In this document: in pieces, positions 19,905 through 30,555 of the stretch | Layout: every line of letters starts with the position of its first letter | Numbering within the stretch: position 1 is the stretch's first letter | Source of the DNA: an uncultured virus (IMG/VR IMGVR_UViG_3300025459_000001) | Taxonomy: Duplodnaviria; Heunggongvirae; Uroviricota; Caudoviricetes | DNA length: 64,000 nt | Virus record (IMG/VR): IMGVR_UViG_3300025459_000001 | Direction: 5' to 3' (one strand) | The notes under the pieces: generated by a model | What the model was told of the DNA's origin: nothing | Databases searched by the model: none | The model's input: only the letters and a program-made list of their open reading frames with translations | Translations under genes and position numbers: made by a program

Positions 19905-22900
19905 GGGTGTACGATGGTGAGCCGCGCGCTCAGCAGCGACGCGGTAGCCGAAGAACCGAGCGTATCGGAACCGTTGCGGTAGATCCTGCCGAATAGCATC
20001 GGCCCTGGCGTGCCTGCAACGCAAGCGCTGGGCAGCGTGAGGGTCTGCGGCCCAATGGCGTTCGAATAGCTCGCCGTAGTCTGCGCGGTGCTGGTGTACG
20101 ACCGCGCCGAATCCCAAGCGGGATCGAGGCTCGCGCCTGTCGCGGGAACACAGGCCAATTGCAGATACCACGTGGCCGCACCGCTGGTCGCCGTGGTCAA
20201 CCACTCCAGATCGAAGGTCACTGAGGTCCAGGAGTTTGAAAGCTGCGTCTGAAAGACCACCGCTGCCTGCGTTCCAGTCGCCGCGCCAAGGAAATCTACC
20301 TGGCCGAAAATGTTGTTGGTGAGTCCTGCGTGGGGGTTGAATTGCACCTGGTTCGTCCCGGCCGCGAAAGAGAAATTGCAGCCCGCCACTCCCAGTTGCG
20401 AGAGACACTTGAACTCGCGCAGATCTGTCGTAGTGCTGACGGGGATCTCCGCACTCACGTTTGAGCCGCTCACTTGGAACGTGGCGTTTTGATAACCGGA
20501 TGCCGCCGCTGGAGTCGTGCCGTTGAAGTTCGGCGACGTTACAGCGGAGCCATTCACGTTAACACTTCCGCCTCCTCCGCCTCCACCACTTCCGCCTCCG
20601 CATACAGCCGCTCCAGCTACCCACGTGACATCCGAGCCGGTGCCCGAGGTGGAACATGCCCCAATCGTACAGTTCGAACAGTACATCTTCGAGCCGTTGC
20701 CGATCTGCCCGTTGGCGGTCAATTGGCTGATCTGCGAGTAGGTCTGCGGCTGGTAGGAGTGGACAAAGATTTTCCCTGGATTCCCCTCGCTGTTCATGTT
20801 CCAGGCAAGTGCTCCGTTCGTGATGGTGCTCGTAAGGTTGTCGAACTCGCCGATGGTGCCGATGCCGTACTCGAAGATCTTATAGCCGGTCGGCGTGGAT
20901 TGGTCATCGAGAATCGTAAGATTGCGGACGTGGAACTCGGTTGTAACACCGAGAGCGAGCGCATAGTTTGGGCCGCCGTAGAATGAACCTGCCCCAGCAC
21001 CCCACTTTCTGGCCACGTCTCGCAGCGTCAGGCCGTTGACACTTACCAGGCCGCTCGATGTTTCCGACAGCCCAATGTCGTCCAGATTCTCAAAGTAACT
21101 ATTGGACACTTCGAGGCGGTTCACGTAGGCATTCACCCCATAGGACGGACCACCGGAAATCGTCACGTTGCTCAGTTGGAGGGTGGAGGTGTTCCCAATT
21201 GCAGCCCAGTCCACAATTCCTCCCATCATCGACTGCGGATTCGTGGAAAGAATTTGCACGTTCGTCATCTGAACGAACGGGTTACTTCCAAGATAAAAAT
21301 TCGCGGTGCATCCCAACCACCGGCATTGAGGTCCTGCCATCCCACCGCCCCGGATAATAATATTAGAATAAGAAATGCTGGAGTTGGTCGGATTGTACGG
21401 CGCCTGACGCACCGGATCGTCCACCATGCCCTCTAGTAGTCCATTGCTCCATGCCACGTTACTAAGTTGGGTCGTGTCGATATTTTCACCGTTCTTGACG
21501 GTGAAATTGCTGACCGTCGCGCCGCGCTCCTGATCTATCCCGCCAGGAGCGTTGTGGATTGAGATCGATTCATCACTTGAGTTGGTCACCTGGAGATCCG
21601 AGGCGACTAGATCGACATCACCATTGGAGAGTAGACAACCCGCTACATTCAAACATTGCACACCCTGAATCAACGGGTGATCGTTGAATTGACTAATCAG
21701 GACGTTCCCAGTGCCACCCGTGCTGCGAAAGTTCGTGACGGTCGGGTAATAGGCATCCTGGATCTGGAAGGCCAACGGAGCCTCAGATGTGACCACCGCG
21801 CGCGTCGTCCAAACCCATAATCCATCCACCGTCCAGTTGGTAAACTTGGCCCGCGTGCCGCCTTCGAAGTAAAATCCATCGGCGTTTTGTTGATTGTCGA
21901 GCACGAAACGAGCTCCGCCAGACATCGCCCACTCCTGAGAGAATCCGGTACAGGTTGCAATGTGGAATGGAGCCGATGCTGGTGTGTAAATATGATAATC
22001 GCCATCTGGCATATAAATGCTGGTGCCTAGCGAACAAGCGGCGGCAACTGCGGCTGAATTGTCTGGAGCATATTGATAGGTCGCTCCCGCCGGGAAATCG
22101 GGTGAGAAGGACGGACTCACCGTAAGCGTCGTGTTGTTCGTCACGCTCTGGACTACGCTTCGCTGCGGGTGGTGCTGGTAGGTCCAGCCCGCACCGATCA
22201 GCACAGCGGTGTCGGCGCAGGTCCCGTTGGACACTCCCGAGGTCGCAAAGGTGAACGTCTTCGGGTAATCGCCAGTACCCACGCCGGTGATCGTGTGTGC
22301 GCCATTCATGTCGGCGCACGTCCCGGTCGAGCCGTTCACGTAGTAGACCGAATCGCCGACCGTGAACCCAGGCCATTGAAGTGACGTACAGGTGGCCACG
22401 TTGGAAGTGATCGAGCAACTGAGGTGAGGGGTCGGCGTCACACCGCTGAGAGTGATCGAGTCGGACGCGTAAAACCCATTTGCCACGCCGCTGGTGGTGA
22501 TTTCAAAGTTATAGCTTGATGTGGGATCGTTCGTGAAAAACGCTGGCTCGTTGGTGATCGAGTAGGTCCCGTTCAAGGAGCTATTGCCGGTGCCAGCGAT
22601 GGTGACGTTGGCTCCGCTCGCCAGTCCATGCGGACTGTTGCAAGTGACGTACCCGACGTTCGCCGCAACCACTATGTTGCAGGCGTACTGACCCGCGCCG
22701 ACTTGCGGGTACATCGTGTGCTGCGTGGTGACGTGATAGGTGTCCACCACCTGGTAGATGGTCCAGCATTGGCCGGGGGCATTGTTGAGGGTGCCCCCGT
22801 AGATCGTCGAGCAGATAACGTCGCCTTTGCTCAACCCGGTGGTGGTCGCGCCGCCGAAGAAAGTGACAATTGAGCCGATGGACTGGATGCCCAATTCGTC

Positions 22901-23947
22901 CGGGCCGCTGGGCTGGCTGGTGATGTAGCCCGTTCCCGAGTGAACGGTGTCGTAAACGATGATCGGCTGATTAGCCGAAAACAACGTCGTGAAGGAGGTC
23001 CCTGTTCCGGTGACGGTAGCACCGCTTGTTGCCACCGTCCCGAGTCCGGCGAGCGCCGCTTGTCCGCCGACAATTGCCGAGGTGAAACTCGTAGGAGAGC
23101 TGGAGGTTTTGCCGCCCTGTCCGGGGCACCCCGAGGTGGTGTCGTTTCCGCTGGCGTCCAAACATAGCGGGGTGCCTGCCGACCCCGACACTGTTCCCGC
23201 CATTTGAACTTTATTCGTATACGTTCCCTGCGAGTTACCATTGAGCAAATTGGCAAGTCCGCTCGCCGCAGTGGTACCACCCGTGCCGCCCTGGCCTACG
23301 AGTAACGGAAAACTAAGGACGAAGCACCCCGAGGTGGTGTCGTTTCCGCTGGCGTCCAAACATAGCGGGGTGCCTGCCGACCCCGACACTGTTCCCGCCA
23401 TTTGAACTTTATTCGTATACGTTCCCTGCGAGTTACCGCTCAAGAGATTTGCGAGTCCTGTGGCGGCGGTAGTCCCCCCGGTTCCTCCCTGAGCAAGGGT
23501 TAACGGAAAACTAAATGCCCCTACTCCGGTTGAAAAGAAGGGGGTTCGCAGGGCCGTGTAAGTCACCACGGCATTGCCAGTGATTGCAATCTGGATGTAC
23601 TTGTGGTTCCCGTTTCCGTAGGCGATAGGCGGGCTGCTCGATTGAGTTATCTGTGAGGCCGTCCCATAACTCGTCCATGGACCCGAACAGGATACATCGG
23701 AGTAATTGAGGGCAACGGTCCAAGTGCCAGACCCGGAGACAACGCCAACAGAGTGGTAATAGTTGGAGCGTGAAATTGCCGACACATTGGACACCACACC
23801 AGGGCATCCAGGGATTTCTCCCGCCCAGCTAGAACTGATTCCGTAGATGACCGTTTGCAGGACAGCCTGTTGCACGGACTGTGCGAACAGAAGTCCCACG
23901 TGGGACGCCGCGAGGAGGGATATCAGGGCAAGTTTGCGCATCGGCAC
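19901..23947 (-). CDS. tailspike-like protein with pectate-lyase-like beta-helix and N-terminal signal peptide
   Basis: DNSAAVAAAC...IYMPDGDY beta-helix entry motif; fibre motif LAQGGTGGTTAA; leader MRKLALISLLAASHVGLLFAQ. Confidence 0.7.
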   Translation of the reverse strand: MPMRKLALISLLAASHVGLLFAQSVQQAVLQTVIYGISSSWAGEIPGCPGVVSNVSAISRSNYYHSVGVVSGSGTWTVALNYSDVSCSGPWTSYGTASQITQSSSPPIAYGNGNHKYIQIAITGNAVVTYTALRTPFFSTGVGAFSFPLTLAQGGTGGTTAATGLANLLSGNSQGTYTNKVQMAGTVSGSAGTPLCLDASGNDTTSGCFVLSFPLLVGQGGTGGTTAASGLANLLNGNSQGTYTNKVQMAGTVSGSAGTPLCLDASGNDTTSGCPGQGGKTSSSPTSFTSAIVGGQAALAGLGTVATSGATVTGTGTSFTTLFSANQPIIVYDTVHSGTGYITSQPSGPDELGIQSIGSIVTFFGGATTTGLSKGDVICSTIYGGTLNNAPGQCWTIYQVVDTYHVTTQHTMYPQVGAGQYACNIVVAANVGYVTCNSPHGLASGANVTIAGTGNSSLNGTYSITNEPAFFTNDPTSSYNFEITTSGVANGFYASDSITLSGVTPTPHLSCSITSNVATCTSLQWPGFTVGDSVYYVNGSTGTCADMNGAHTITGVGTGDYPKTFTFATSGVSNGTCADTAVLIGAGWTYQHHPQRSVVQSVTNNTTLTVSPSFSPDFPAGATYQYAPDNSAAVAAACSLGTSIYMPDGDYHIYTPASAPFHIATCTGFSQEWAMSGGARFVLDNQQNADGFYFEGGTRAKFTNWTVDGLWVWTTRAVVTSEAPLAFQIQDAYYPTVTNFRSTGGTGNVLISQFNDHPLIQGVQCLNVAGCLLSNGDVDLVASDLQVTNSSDESISIHNAPGGIDQERGATVSNFTVKNGENIDTTQLSNVAWSNGLLEGMVDDPVRQAPYNPTNSSISYSNIIIRGGGMAGPQCRWLGCTANFYLGSNPFVQMTNVQILSTNPQSMMGGIVDWAAIGNTSTLQLSNVTISGGPSYGVNAYVNRLEVSNSYFENLDDIGLSETSSGLVSVNGLTLRDVARKWGAGAGSFYGGPNYALALGVTTEFHVRNLTILDDQSTPTGYKIFEYGIGTIGEFDNLTSTITNGALAWNMNSEGNPGKIFVHSYQPQTYSQISQLTANGQIGNGSKMYCSNCTIGACSTSGTGSDVTWVAGAAVCGGGSGGGGGGGSVNVNGSAVTSPNFNGTTPAAASGYQNATFQVSGSNVSAEIPVSTTTDLREFKCLSQLGVAGCNFSFAAGTNQVQFNPHAGLTNNIFGQVDFLGAATGTQAAVVFQTQLSNSWTSVTFDLEWLTTATSGAATWYLQLACVPATGASLDPAWDSARSYTSTAQTTASYSNAIGPQTLTLPSACVAGTPGPMLFGRIYRNGSDTLGSSATASLLSARLTIVHP
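23126..23437. repeat. direct repeat, 114 nt identical, 198-nt period
   Basis: 23126-23239 equals 23324-23437; encodes duplicated GNSQGTYTNKVQMAGTVSGSAGTPLCLDASGNDTTSGC. Confidence 0.9.
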
Positions 23948-23991
23948 TCCTGTCTCACGGCGAGAGGGAAGCGCCTGAAATCAGTATACTT

Positions 23992-24735
23992 CTATCCTTT
24001 ATCCTCTGGTAGGGGGATTTCGCCCGTGATGGCTTGGAGTGCCGAGATCGTTTCCCGATACTGCGCATGGGAGAATGCCGCTGCCTGCGCATTCTTCAGT
24101 TCATTATCCCCGCTATAGACCCGCTCGTGGATGCCCCAAAGAAGCCCTACGAGGGCTATGTCGTCCGGCAGCAGGGGAATTGTATCGTTCACCGTCGCCA
24201 TCTGCGTGTTGGTCTTTCTGGTGCCCACAATGGTCAATCCCCGGTGCTGATCGGGAGTCCACACCACGCTATTTCCATCCGTGATGCTGAACGAGTCGTA
24301 TTGCCCATGTGGAGGGTCTGGCTCATTCGGGCCTGGGATGTAAACAGAGTCGTAGTTTGGAGCCGGAGCCAAGCCGATAGTCTTCGGAGGCAGGTTGTCG
24401 GTGTAGTACCCAATGGGTATATCCAACTCGCGCCGCCATCCTCTTCTCGTGTTGTTCATGTCGGAAACGGTAACTTTCGGCAGCCACCGACCCGCAAGAA
24501 AGACCTGCTCGATCGCCATAATGTCGTCAGGGACGGTGTAGGTCGGGACGCCCGCGAACACCGACATGGTCCACACGCGCTTGATACAGCCGGTTTGTTT
24601 GAGGAAATCGAGGAGGGTCAGATTGGCAAGATCCAAGAATTGAGCTGGCGTAATGCAACCAAGAACAAGACCGTTTGGTGGATCTTCTAAATAGTCGTAG
24701 CAAAGTCGATTATAGATGTCGGTCAGCGTTGCCAT
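23992..24735 (-). CDS. head-tail adaptor (tail tubular A-like)
   Basis: MATLTDIYNRL...AGVPTYTVPDD...IGLAPAP adaptor pattern. Confidence 0.6.
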   Translation of the reverse strand: MATLTDIYNRLCYDYLEDPPNGLVLGCITPAQFLDLANLTLLDFLKQTGCIKRVWTMSVFAGVPTYTVPDDIMAIEQVFLAGRWLPKVTVSDMNNTRRGWRRELDIPIGYYTDNLPPKTIGLAPAPNYDSVYIPGPNEPDPPHGQYDSFSITDGNSVVWTPDQHRGLTIVGTRKTNTQMATVNDTIPLLPDDIALVGLLWGIHERVYSGDNELKNAQAAAFSHAQYRETISALQAITGEIPLPEDKG

Positions 24736-25008
24736 CAGGACTCACCTGGTTCGATCTCTCGGCTTTCCTCGATCCGTTCGATCAAGTCGTCGGCCTCTTC
24801 CTCAGAACAGTCCGTCGTCTTCCCCCAGCCGTCATAGAACCCTTCGTCAGTGAACCAGTGCTCCAATCCTGTTGCATCCGTGAGATGATTCAGAACCTTC
24901 CCCAAGGACGCGCTGACGGGAGGCACTAAGGTTAGGATTTCAATCATTCCGCTTTCCCACTGAACACGCAGCTTCATGCTGCTTCGCTCCATACTGGAAG
25001 TGCTTGCT

Positions 25009-25674
25009 TCACAACGAACCTTTCCCCTCAGCGGGCTCAAGTTCCTTGGCCAGGAAATAGCGAGGGAATACCACAGACTCATACAGGAGCATCGCTTTTA
25101 TACCCCGCACGAATTCTTGGTACACAAGGCTGGCCGCATTGAACGGCGCTCCCACCTCCTTCAACATGATTCTTCCGCGCACATATTTGACTAGTACTTC
25201 CGCCAGTTCGTCATTCAGATCCACCACGTCTCCAGCGTTCACCAGCGGCGTTATGGGGGCCACTCCCTGGACTTCCAGCAGCCCGCCTCCATTCGCGTCC
25301 AAGGGGTGAATCCCGAAGACAGTCAATCCCAAAGGGAACCAGCGGGCTACCTGACCTTCCCATTGGTTTGAATCCACGGCCCAGTTCCGAAATCTCTGCG
25401 CGAGTTTGGCGAGGCTGTATTTTTCCAATTCCTGCTCTTCGTAGTAAACCTTCGTCGGGATCAAGATACCAGAAGGGATCGAGTAGAGCAGTTGGTTGGC
25501 AACGGTGAATCCGGGGACTGGTATGGTGTTCTGGTTCCAGCCGACCAAAAGGTTAGTGCGTCTAAGGACCTCGTTTAAGATTGACGTGACCTGCGCAGGC
25601 ACATAGAGGCCAGTGTTATTGTCCAACCCGTCCCATACGAGTTGCTGAAGCGTACTGAGGGTGAACGTGGGCAC
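25009..25674 (-). CDS. head-tail adaptor-like protein
   Basis: TLSTLQQLV...ILNE...ANQLLYSIP...FGIHP adaptor pattern. Confidence 0.55.
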   Translation of the reverse strand: MPTFTLSTLQQLVWDGLDNNTGLYVPAQVTSILNEVLRRTNLLVGWNQNTIPVPGFTVANQLLYSIPSGILIPTKVYYEEQELEKYSLAKLAQRFRNWAVDSNQWEGQVARWFPLGLTVFGIHPLDANGGGLLEVQGVAPITPLVNAGDVVDLNDELAEVLVKYVRGRIMLKEVGAPFNAASLVYQEFVRGIKAMLLYESVVFPRYFLAKELEPAEGKGSL

Positions 25675-25905
25675 CTAATTCCTCACCCCTTCGTAAAGTC
25701 CGGGAACATGGTCCGGTTCTGAGTACTCTCGGAGGTCCGCAGAGTGGTGGATCACTGCTGGCGGATTCAGTTCCTCATCTACGAACGGCAGGCATTGGCA
25801 ATGTCTTGAGCGAGCATGAACCATCCAGTCATCGACGGGAACAATGTGGTTTTCGTTTTCCACAACCCACACTTCCCAACCTGAATTTGACTGGCTCACG
25901 TAGGC

Positions 25906-26124
25906 TCACCGCCTTGTTGCGCCGCGCTTCCTTTTCCGGTGCTGCGCCGCCCGCTTGAAGTTCTCGGCCATAACAGCCTTACGCTTTGCTAGCCCACCCT
26001 TGCGTTTCGCTGCCGCGATCTTGGAACGAGTCGCCTTACCAAAGCTCCCAACGGTTCCGCGTTTCTCCATGGATTCGCGGGCTGCCTGCATCCACTTGCC
26101 GCGCTTCTTGCTCTTGCGTGCCAT
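25906..26124 (-). CDS. small basic protein
   Basis: MARKSKKRGKW...KRKAVMAENFK; RBS GGAGGA. Confidence 0.65.
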   Translation of the reverse strand: MARKSKKRGKWMQAARESMEKRGTVGSFGKATRSKIAAAKRKGGLAKRKAVMAENFKRAAQHRKRKRGATRR

Positions 26125-26157
26125 GCTTCCTCCCTGATCTCACGGCAGTTCAGAGAG

Positions 26158-26436
26158 TCAATCACAGACCGAATCGCCGCTCCTAAAGGTCCCTCCGCCG
26201 CGAGTCTTTCGTTTTGCCATGACGCCGATAGCCTTCCAGTCATGTTTGCGTTGCTTGATTTCGGCGTCGGTAGGCGGAGTCCAATGGCCAAGTTGAGCAG
26301 GGCCGTTGAATATCACCTTGTCTCGGTCCTCGATCCGTTGCTTGGCTTGCATCGCCGCCTGGTCTGGTCCTTTCAGATTCTTGCCGTAAAGCGGCGTCAG
26401 ATGGCTGATGTGCCGTTCGAAATTTGCTTGTCCCAT
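26158..26436 (-). CDS. hypothetical protein
   Basis: RBS GAGGA; in operon. Confidence 0.5.
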   Translation of the reverse strand: MGQANFERHISHLTPLYGKNLKGPDQAAMQAKQRIEDRDKVIFNGPAQLGHWTPPTDAEIKQRKHDWKAIGVMAKRKTRGGGTFRSGDSVCD

Positions 26437-26750
26437 AATGGTTATCCTCTTTCCGATGTCCCCAGCGCACGCAAGACGTAAACGGCTTCGTCGGCCATGT
26501 AGTGCTTAGCCATAAATGCTGCCAGTCGATTGGCTATCGTCCCGATGCTTTCCGAAGCGACTCCATTTACATAGGGGATTCTCTTTATCCCTCGGCGATT
26601 AGGCATAGCCACCAATTGGGACATGGCCCGACTGTCGGTACGGATGTAGCGGTACTTTTCGTTCTCGGCAACCGTTTCCGATTTACACTCCGCGCTTCGT
26701 CCCACGTTGAACCTCCTAACTTGATTGTACCGAAACGCACGACACGGCTC

Positions 26751-27929
26751 CTAGTACGCACCCGGTTGATAGGCTGCATGATTGACATACCAGTTCCACG
26801 TCGGAGCGAATTGATTCATCTGTAATCTGTAATCCTGAAGGTCAGTAAGATAACGACCCTGATCGCTCTGGATCGCATTTTCCATCAGGCGCTCGAATTC
26901 TTTTTCCCAATACATCGCTCCCTGCGGATCATTAAAAGGGTCCTTTGATCTGTCGTTGGGGATGACACGAGTCCGAAGACAATCAGCCACGGCTCCGGCG
27001 ATAAAGATTTGCGGGTTAAGAAACGGAGGGAGCATGTCATTTGGCTGTTTTAGAGTAGGCCACCCGTCTTCGTACACAACCCCGATACCGTATGCGCCGG
27101 TTTGTATCGGCCAGATGGCCCACTGCATACAACCACCTGGGTCTGGAGGCATACTTATCAGTTCCTCCGGGTTTCCGCCCTGCTGTAGTTGAGGATCTTG
27201 GAATGCTAGCCAGTCGCTAGTCTTCCCTATCCCGACCACGTTCCCCGCGATCGCATCGTAAGCGTACAACATTCGTCTGGCCGTTGAACTCGGGATCGTT
27301 GATCCGGCAGGTATAGGCTTAGCGTAAAGCATGAAAATGTAGTACGTGATCCCCGTCTGTGGAACCCCACCATACGGCATGTCCGTTTGAAGCGTTGTAC
27401 TTGAAGTCACTGCTTGAACGGTCGGCACGTATGTTCCAGTGTTCAACTGAAGCCCCGCCAAACTCGATGCCTGCAACGTCACGCCAGTTGCGTGAGGATA
27501 TTGGCAATACGCCGTGAATTTATTTCCCCTGATGCTCTGGACACTAATTACTTCGGTGCTCGCGGGAGTTCCCTGATCCAGCAGGAGATACATGCCCTGG
27601 TTAATCCCGGTAAGCGAACCTGGTTGAATTTCCACGTACCCCGGTGAGTCGGTGATCGGAGTCGCCAAGACCGTATTCACAGCGTCGTTTACTGGCCAGT
27701 TCGTCCCAACCCCCACAACTTGATTAGAGCCTGAGGTGAGAGTCAGAGTCCCTCCGTCGTTATACTGGGCGGGGACCACCATGATCCCCATACGCATCAG
27801 GTCCGACCAGTTATGCGCATCAACTACATTGGAGATTCTGCGATTGATGAGATTCTTGACTAGCGTTTCTGGACGGGGACAGATTTCCCTGACTTGGCCC
27901 TGCGCATCCCATAGCGAGATTCCCGACAT
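26751..27929 (-). CDS. head-tail adaptor-like protein with inserted beta-domain
   Basis: LVKNLIN...W..L; WAIWPI; helical C-terminus. Confidence 0.55.
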   Translation of the reverse strand: MSGISLWDAQGQVREICPRPETLVKNLINRRISNVVDAHNWSDLMRMGIMVVPAQYNDGGTLTLTSGSNQVVGVGTNWPVNDAVNTVLATPITDSPGYVEIQPGSLTGINQGMYLLLDQGTPASTEVISVQSIRGNKFTAYCQYPHATGVTLQASSLAGLQLNTGTYVPTVQAVTSSTTLQTDMPYGGVPQTGITYYIFMLYAKPIPAGSTIPSSTARRMLYAYDAIAGNVVGIGKTSDWLAFQDPQLQQGGNPEELISMPPDPGGCMQWAIWPIQTGAYGIGVVYEDGWPTLKQPNDMLPPFLNPQIFIAGAVADCLRTRVIPNDRSKDPFNDPQGAMYWEKEFERLMENAIQSDQGRYLTDLQDYRLQMNQFAPTWNWYVNHAAYQPGAY

Positions 27930-27932
27930 CGG

Positions 27933-28217
27933 TTACTTCCTTGGGGGCCAAAACCACTTCCCCGGTTCGGGGGATTCGGAATACTGAACTGAAGTTTTCC
28001 AAACCAGCCCAAGAGGTTGCGGGGTGGCGCTCGCGTAGCTGTAGAACCCGTTGTTGGACCAGTCGGGGAAGACGCTCAGGTTGACCGTTCCTGTGTCTTG
28101 GACCACGGATACCACCATGGCCGCGACTACTTCTCCGGCATGATGTTTCTGGTCCGGCCTGAGGTCCTGTTCTTGAATGCAATAGTAAACGATCCGTCCG
28201 ATGACCAGCCCGTCCAT
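27933..28217 (-). CDS. conserved phage hypothetical protein
   Basis: IGRIVYY...AAMVV...VNLSVF...W.WPPR pattern common in phages; RBS AGGAG. Confidence 0.65.
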   Translation of the reverse strand: MDGLVIGRIVYYCIQEQDLRPDQKHHAGEVVAAMVVSVVQDTGTVNLSVFPDWSNNGFYSYASATPQPLGLVWKTSVQYSESPEPGKWFWPPRK

Positions 28218-28503
28218 TGAATACTCCTAAGCGAAGCGTATCACTAATTTACAGGGAAATGAAGGGGCCCAACGTGGGACTATAAGCCTTTGTCGAACAT
28301 CGCTGGGTTTACTTTCCTGTCTCCAGAAGGCTTATGCCATGGTCCATCAGGTGAGCGGTCCTTTAATCTCCGCCATGCTCCACACACGTAACACCACATC
28401 GCTAAACCTCCAAGGATAATCCAGCAGTTCCTTTCGTGACGACAATACTGCCTTCTCCTGCAAGCCATATTATCCCCTGCCAAACGCGCGTACCCCTTGA
28501 AGA

Positions 28504-28785
28504 CTACTCCACGAAGCCGTAGAGTGGTTCAATTTTGACGTTCAAGGCGTTCTGAAACGTCCCAGTCGCTTTGCCACCTGCTCCGTAGATAGCGCTCTGG
28601 TAACCTCCCGCCGTCACAGCGACGGCGGAACTTGGATCTTGCGCTGCAAGACACGCCGCGATCAGCGCCGCCGCCGCCTGTCTGACTGTTTCTTCTGGCT
28701 CGACACACGGGTTCTTGGCGAACTGCGTGGCGAGTTTGGCAGCTACCGGAATTGGTCTGCCAACACTGCTTACTCCCCAAGACAT
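28504..28785 (-). CDS. hypothetical protein (start MSWGVSS)
   Basis: RBS AGGAG before ATG at 28785. Confidence 0.55.
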   Translation of the reverse strand: MSWGVSSVGRPIPVAAKLATQFAKNPCVEPEETVRQAAAALIAACLAAQDPSSAVAVTAGGYQSAIYGAGGKATGTFQNALNVKIEPLYGFVE

Positions 28786-28804
28786 ATTGTTTCTCCTTTG
28801 TTTT

Positions 28805-29170
28805 TTAGATGCTCCTGCCGATGCCCGGGATAACCCCACTGAACTCCGGCAAGACCTTTCCGTCTCCTTCCATCATTGCCCACAAATGCAAACAGTGCGC
28901 ATGGATGTTGACGTAATTCTCCTCTGGCGGGAAGACCGCGTAAGCATAGAGGTCACTGCCTATAAAAGCGTTCTTGATCTTCACGGTGTCATCGTGGTTT
29001 GGTGTCCAAGACTTGCGAGAATAAGACACATGTAGCCATTGGCGACCATCCTCTTTCTCTTCGCAGTCCACCAGGACCCGTAACCCGCCATCTTTCTCGC
29101 GAACGGCATAGCCGTCTCCCCACTTCTGGATGACCTCCCATCCTTTTGGGCACTCGAATTTCCAGTCCAA
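28805..29170 (-). CDS. conserved phage hypothetical protein (WLHVS...YVNIH.HCLHLW family)
   Basis: Recognisable His-rich motif; probable TTG start. Confidence 0.65.
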   Translation of the reverse strand: MDWKFECPKGWEVIQKWGDGYAVREKDGGLRVLVDCEEKEDGRQWLHVSYSRKSWTPNHDDTVKIKNAFIGSDLYAYAVFPPEENYVNIHAHCLHLWAMMEGDGKVLPEFSGVIPGIGRSI

Positions 29171-29181
29171 CGTGGGACCCC

Positions 29182-29883
29182 CTATCTCTTTCCGATCACC
29201 ATCTCCCCACCTGTGGGGATCGGCATCGTCTGCACGGCGCTTCGATCGTAGTCTGCATTCGTGACCTTGTGGGTTCGCAAATGGTAACTCTCGATTAGGG
29301 GAGAGATGTAGGTCTTGATCCCCAACCTCCGCAGGCGTATAAAGAGCGAGAAGTCCTCGGACCATTGGCCGATGATGTCGAACGGCTGTTCCCCTAATTC
29401 GTTCTGAATCCGGTCGAATACCCGGCGTTTTACCAACAGGCATCCGGCCCCCACACACGATACTTGCTGGAGCATGGCGTTCCAGTCCAGTTCCGCGATG
29501 GTCACGAAGCCTTGGGTTTCTTCGTTCCAATGAAAGGCCACTGGGAGGTGAGGGTAGACCTTGTACCTATAGAGGGCCGAAAGCACTTCCACATCGCACT
29601 TCTTCATCAACTGAATCATACGAACCGCGATGTCGGGGTCAAAAGCATGATCGGTATCCAACATCAGCAGCCAGTCTCCCATCATCCCCTTCACAAGCTG
29701 ATTTCTCGCGGAGGAATGGTAAGAAGTGCTCGGGGCCATCAAGTGAACATACTCACCGGGCTTACAAAGGAACTCGGAGTCGAACTGTATCATTTGGGCA
29801 AGGGACCAGCAGAACTCCCACGGCACCGAGGGAACGGATCCCATGATCCCAAGGGTCCCAATCGGCTTATTCATCAGCAGCAT
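29182..29883 (-). CDS. glycosyltransferase, GT-A fold (family 2-like)
   Basis: SARN, LLMLDTD (DXD), GAGCLLVKRRVF, SEDFSL. Confidence 0.85.
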   Translation of the reverse strand: MLLMNKPIGTLGIMGSVPSVPWEFCWSLAQMIQFDSEFLCKPGEYVHLMAPSTSYHSSARNQLVKGMMGDWLLMLDTDHAFDPDIAVRMIQLMKKCDVEVLSALYRYKVYPHLPVAFHWNEETQGFVTIAELDWNAMLQQVSCVGAGCLLVKRRVFDRIQNELGEQPFDIIGQWSEDFSLFIRLRRLGIKTYISPLIESYHLRTHKVTNADYDRSAVQTMPIPTGGEMVIGKR

Positions 29884-29886
29884 GGT

Positions 29887-30555
29887 TCACTCCAGTGGCG
29901 GCAGGTCTTCGTGCTCAAATCGTTCAATCTGTTGTTTGGACCACTCCGGGTCATACAGATGACGGAAGGGGTGCTCCCAAAACGCATCATGGTTTAAAGC
30001 CACGGCGGGGTTGTCGATCAGATTCCAGAATTTCCACCCCCGCTTGCTCGCCCGAAACGCGACGCTTTGATTGTCGCAAGCCCATTTCTGGTCCATGCGC
30101 TCATCGAACCCGCCGATGTCCTTCAATGCCTTCAGTGGTGCCGCTGCCCAATCGGCCTCCCAGTTCATCCAATGCGGTTCACCGCGATTTTCAGATCTCC
30201 ACTCTTTGACTAAGGGTGTCTTGTAGAACATCTTCCCGTTCATCTCCCAATACCCAGGAGCCTTCGGGACAGGGGCGGTGAAGAAGTACCCCGACATGGA
30301 TCTGAATGCCTCAACAAACTTCTGAAGTCCGTCGCGCTCAAACCAGAGCCAGTCCTCAGCTACCACCACCAGTTTCCCGCGCGCCCTACGGAGCATCGAG
30401 TTGAATGCGGCGTTGAGCCGATGCTCTTTTCCGCTGTCGATCTCCACCAGCCATTCAAAATCTTGGCACGTCTGATCCTTCAGGGATTGCTCGATGGGCC
30501 GAAGGGCCTGAAGCCCCCTAATTGTGGGGCTGAGAACACTGACCAGAGGCGTCAT
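29887..30555 (-). CDS. glycosyltransferase, GT-A fold (family 2-like)
   Basis: VSVLSPT...SLKDQT..DFEWLV; IGGFDE. Confidence 0.85.
   Translation of the reverse strand: MTPLVSVLSPTIRGLQALRPIEQSLKDQTCQDFEWLVEIDSGKEHRLNAAFNSMLRRARGKLVVVAEDWLWFERDGLQKFVEAFRSMSGYFFTAPVPKAPGYWEMNGKMFYKTPLVKEWRSENRGEPHWMNWEADWAAAPLKALKDIGGFDERMDQKWACDNQSVAFRASKRGWKFWNLIDNPAVALNHDAFWEHPFRHLYDPEWSKQQIERFEHEDLPPLE

Noticed and set aside
19905..20408. N-terminal 168 aa of the 815-aa ORF
   Set aside because: Overlaps the upstream spike gene; the ATGA-coupled start at 19904 with a signal peptide is more plausible.
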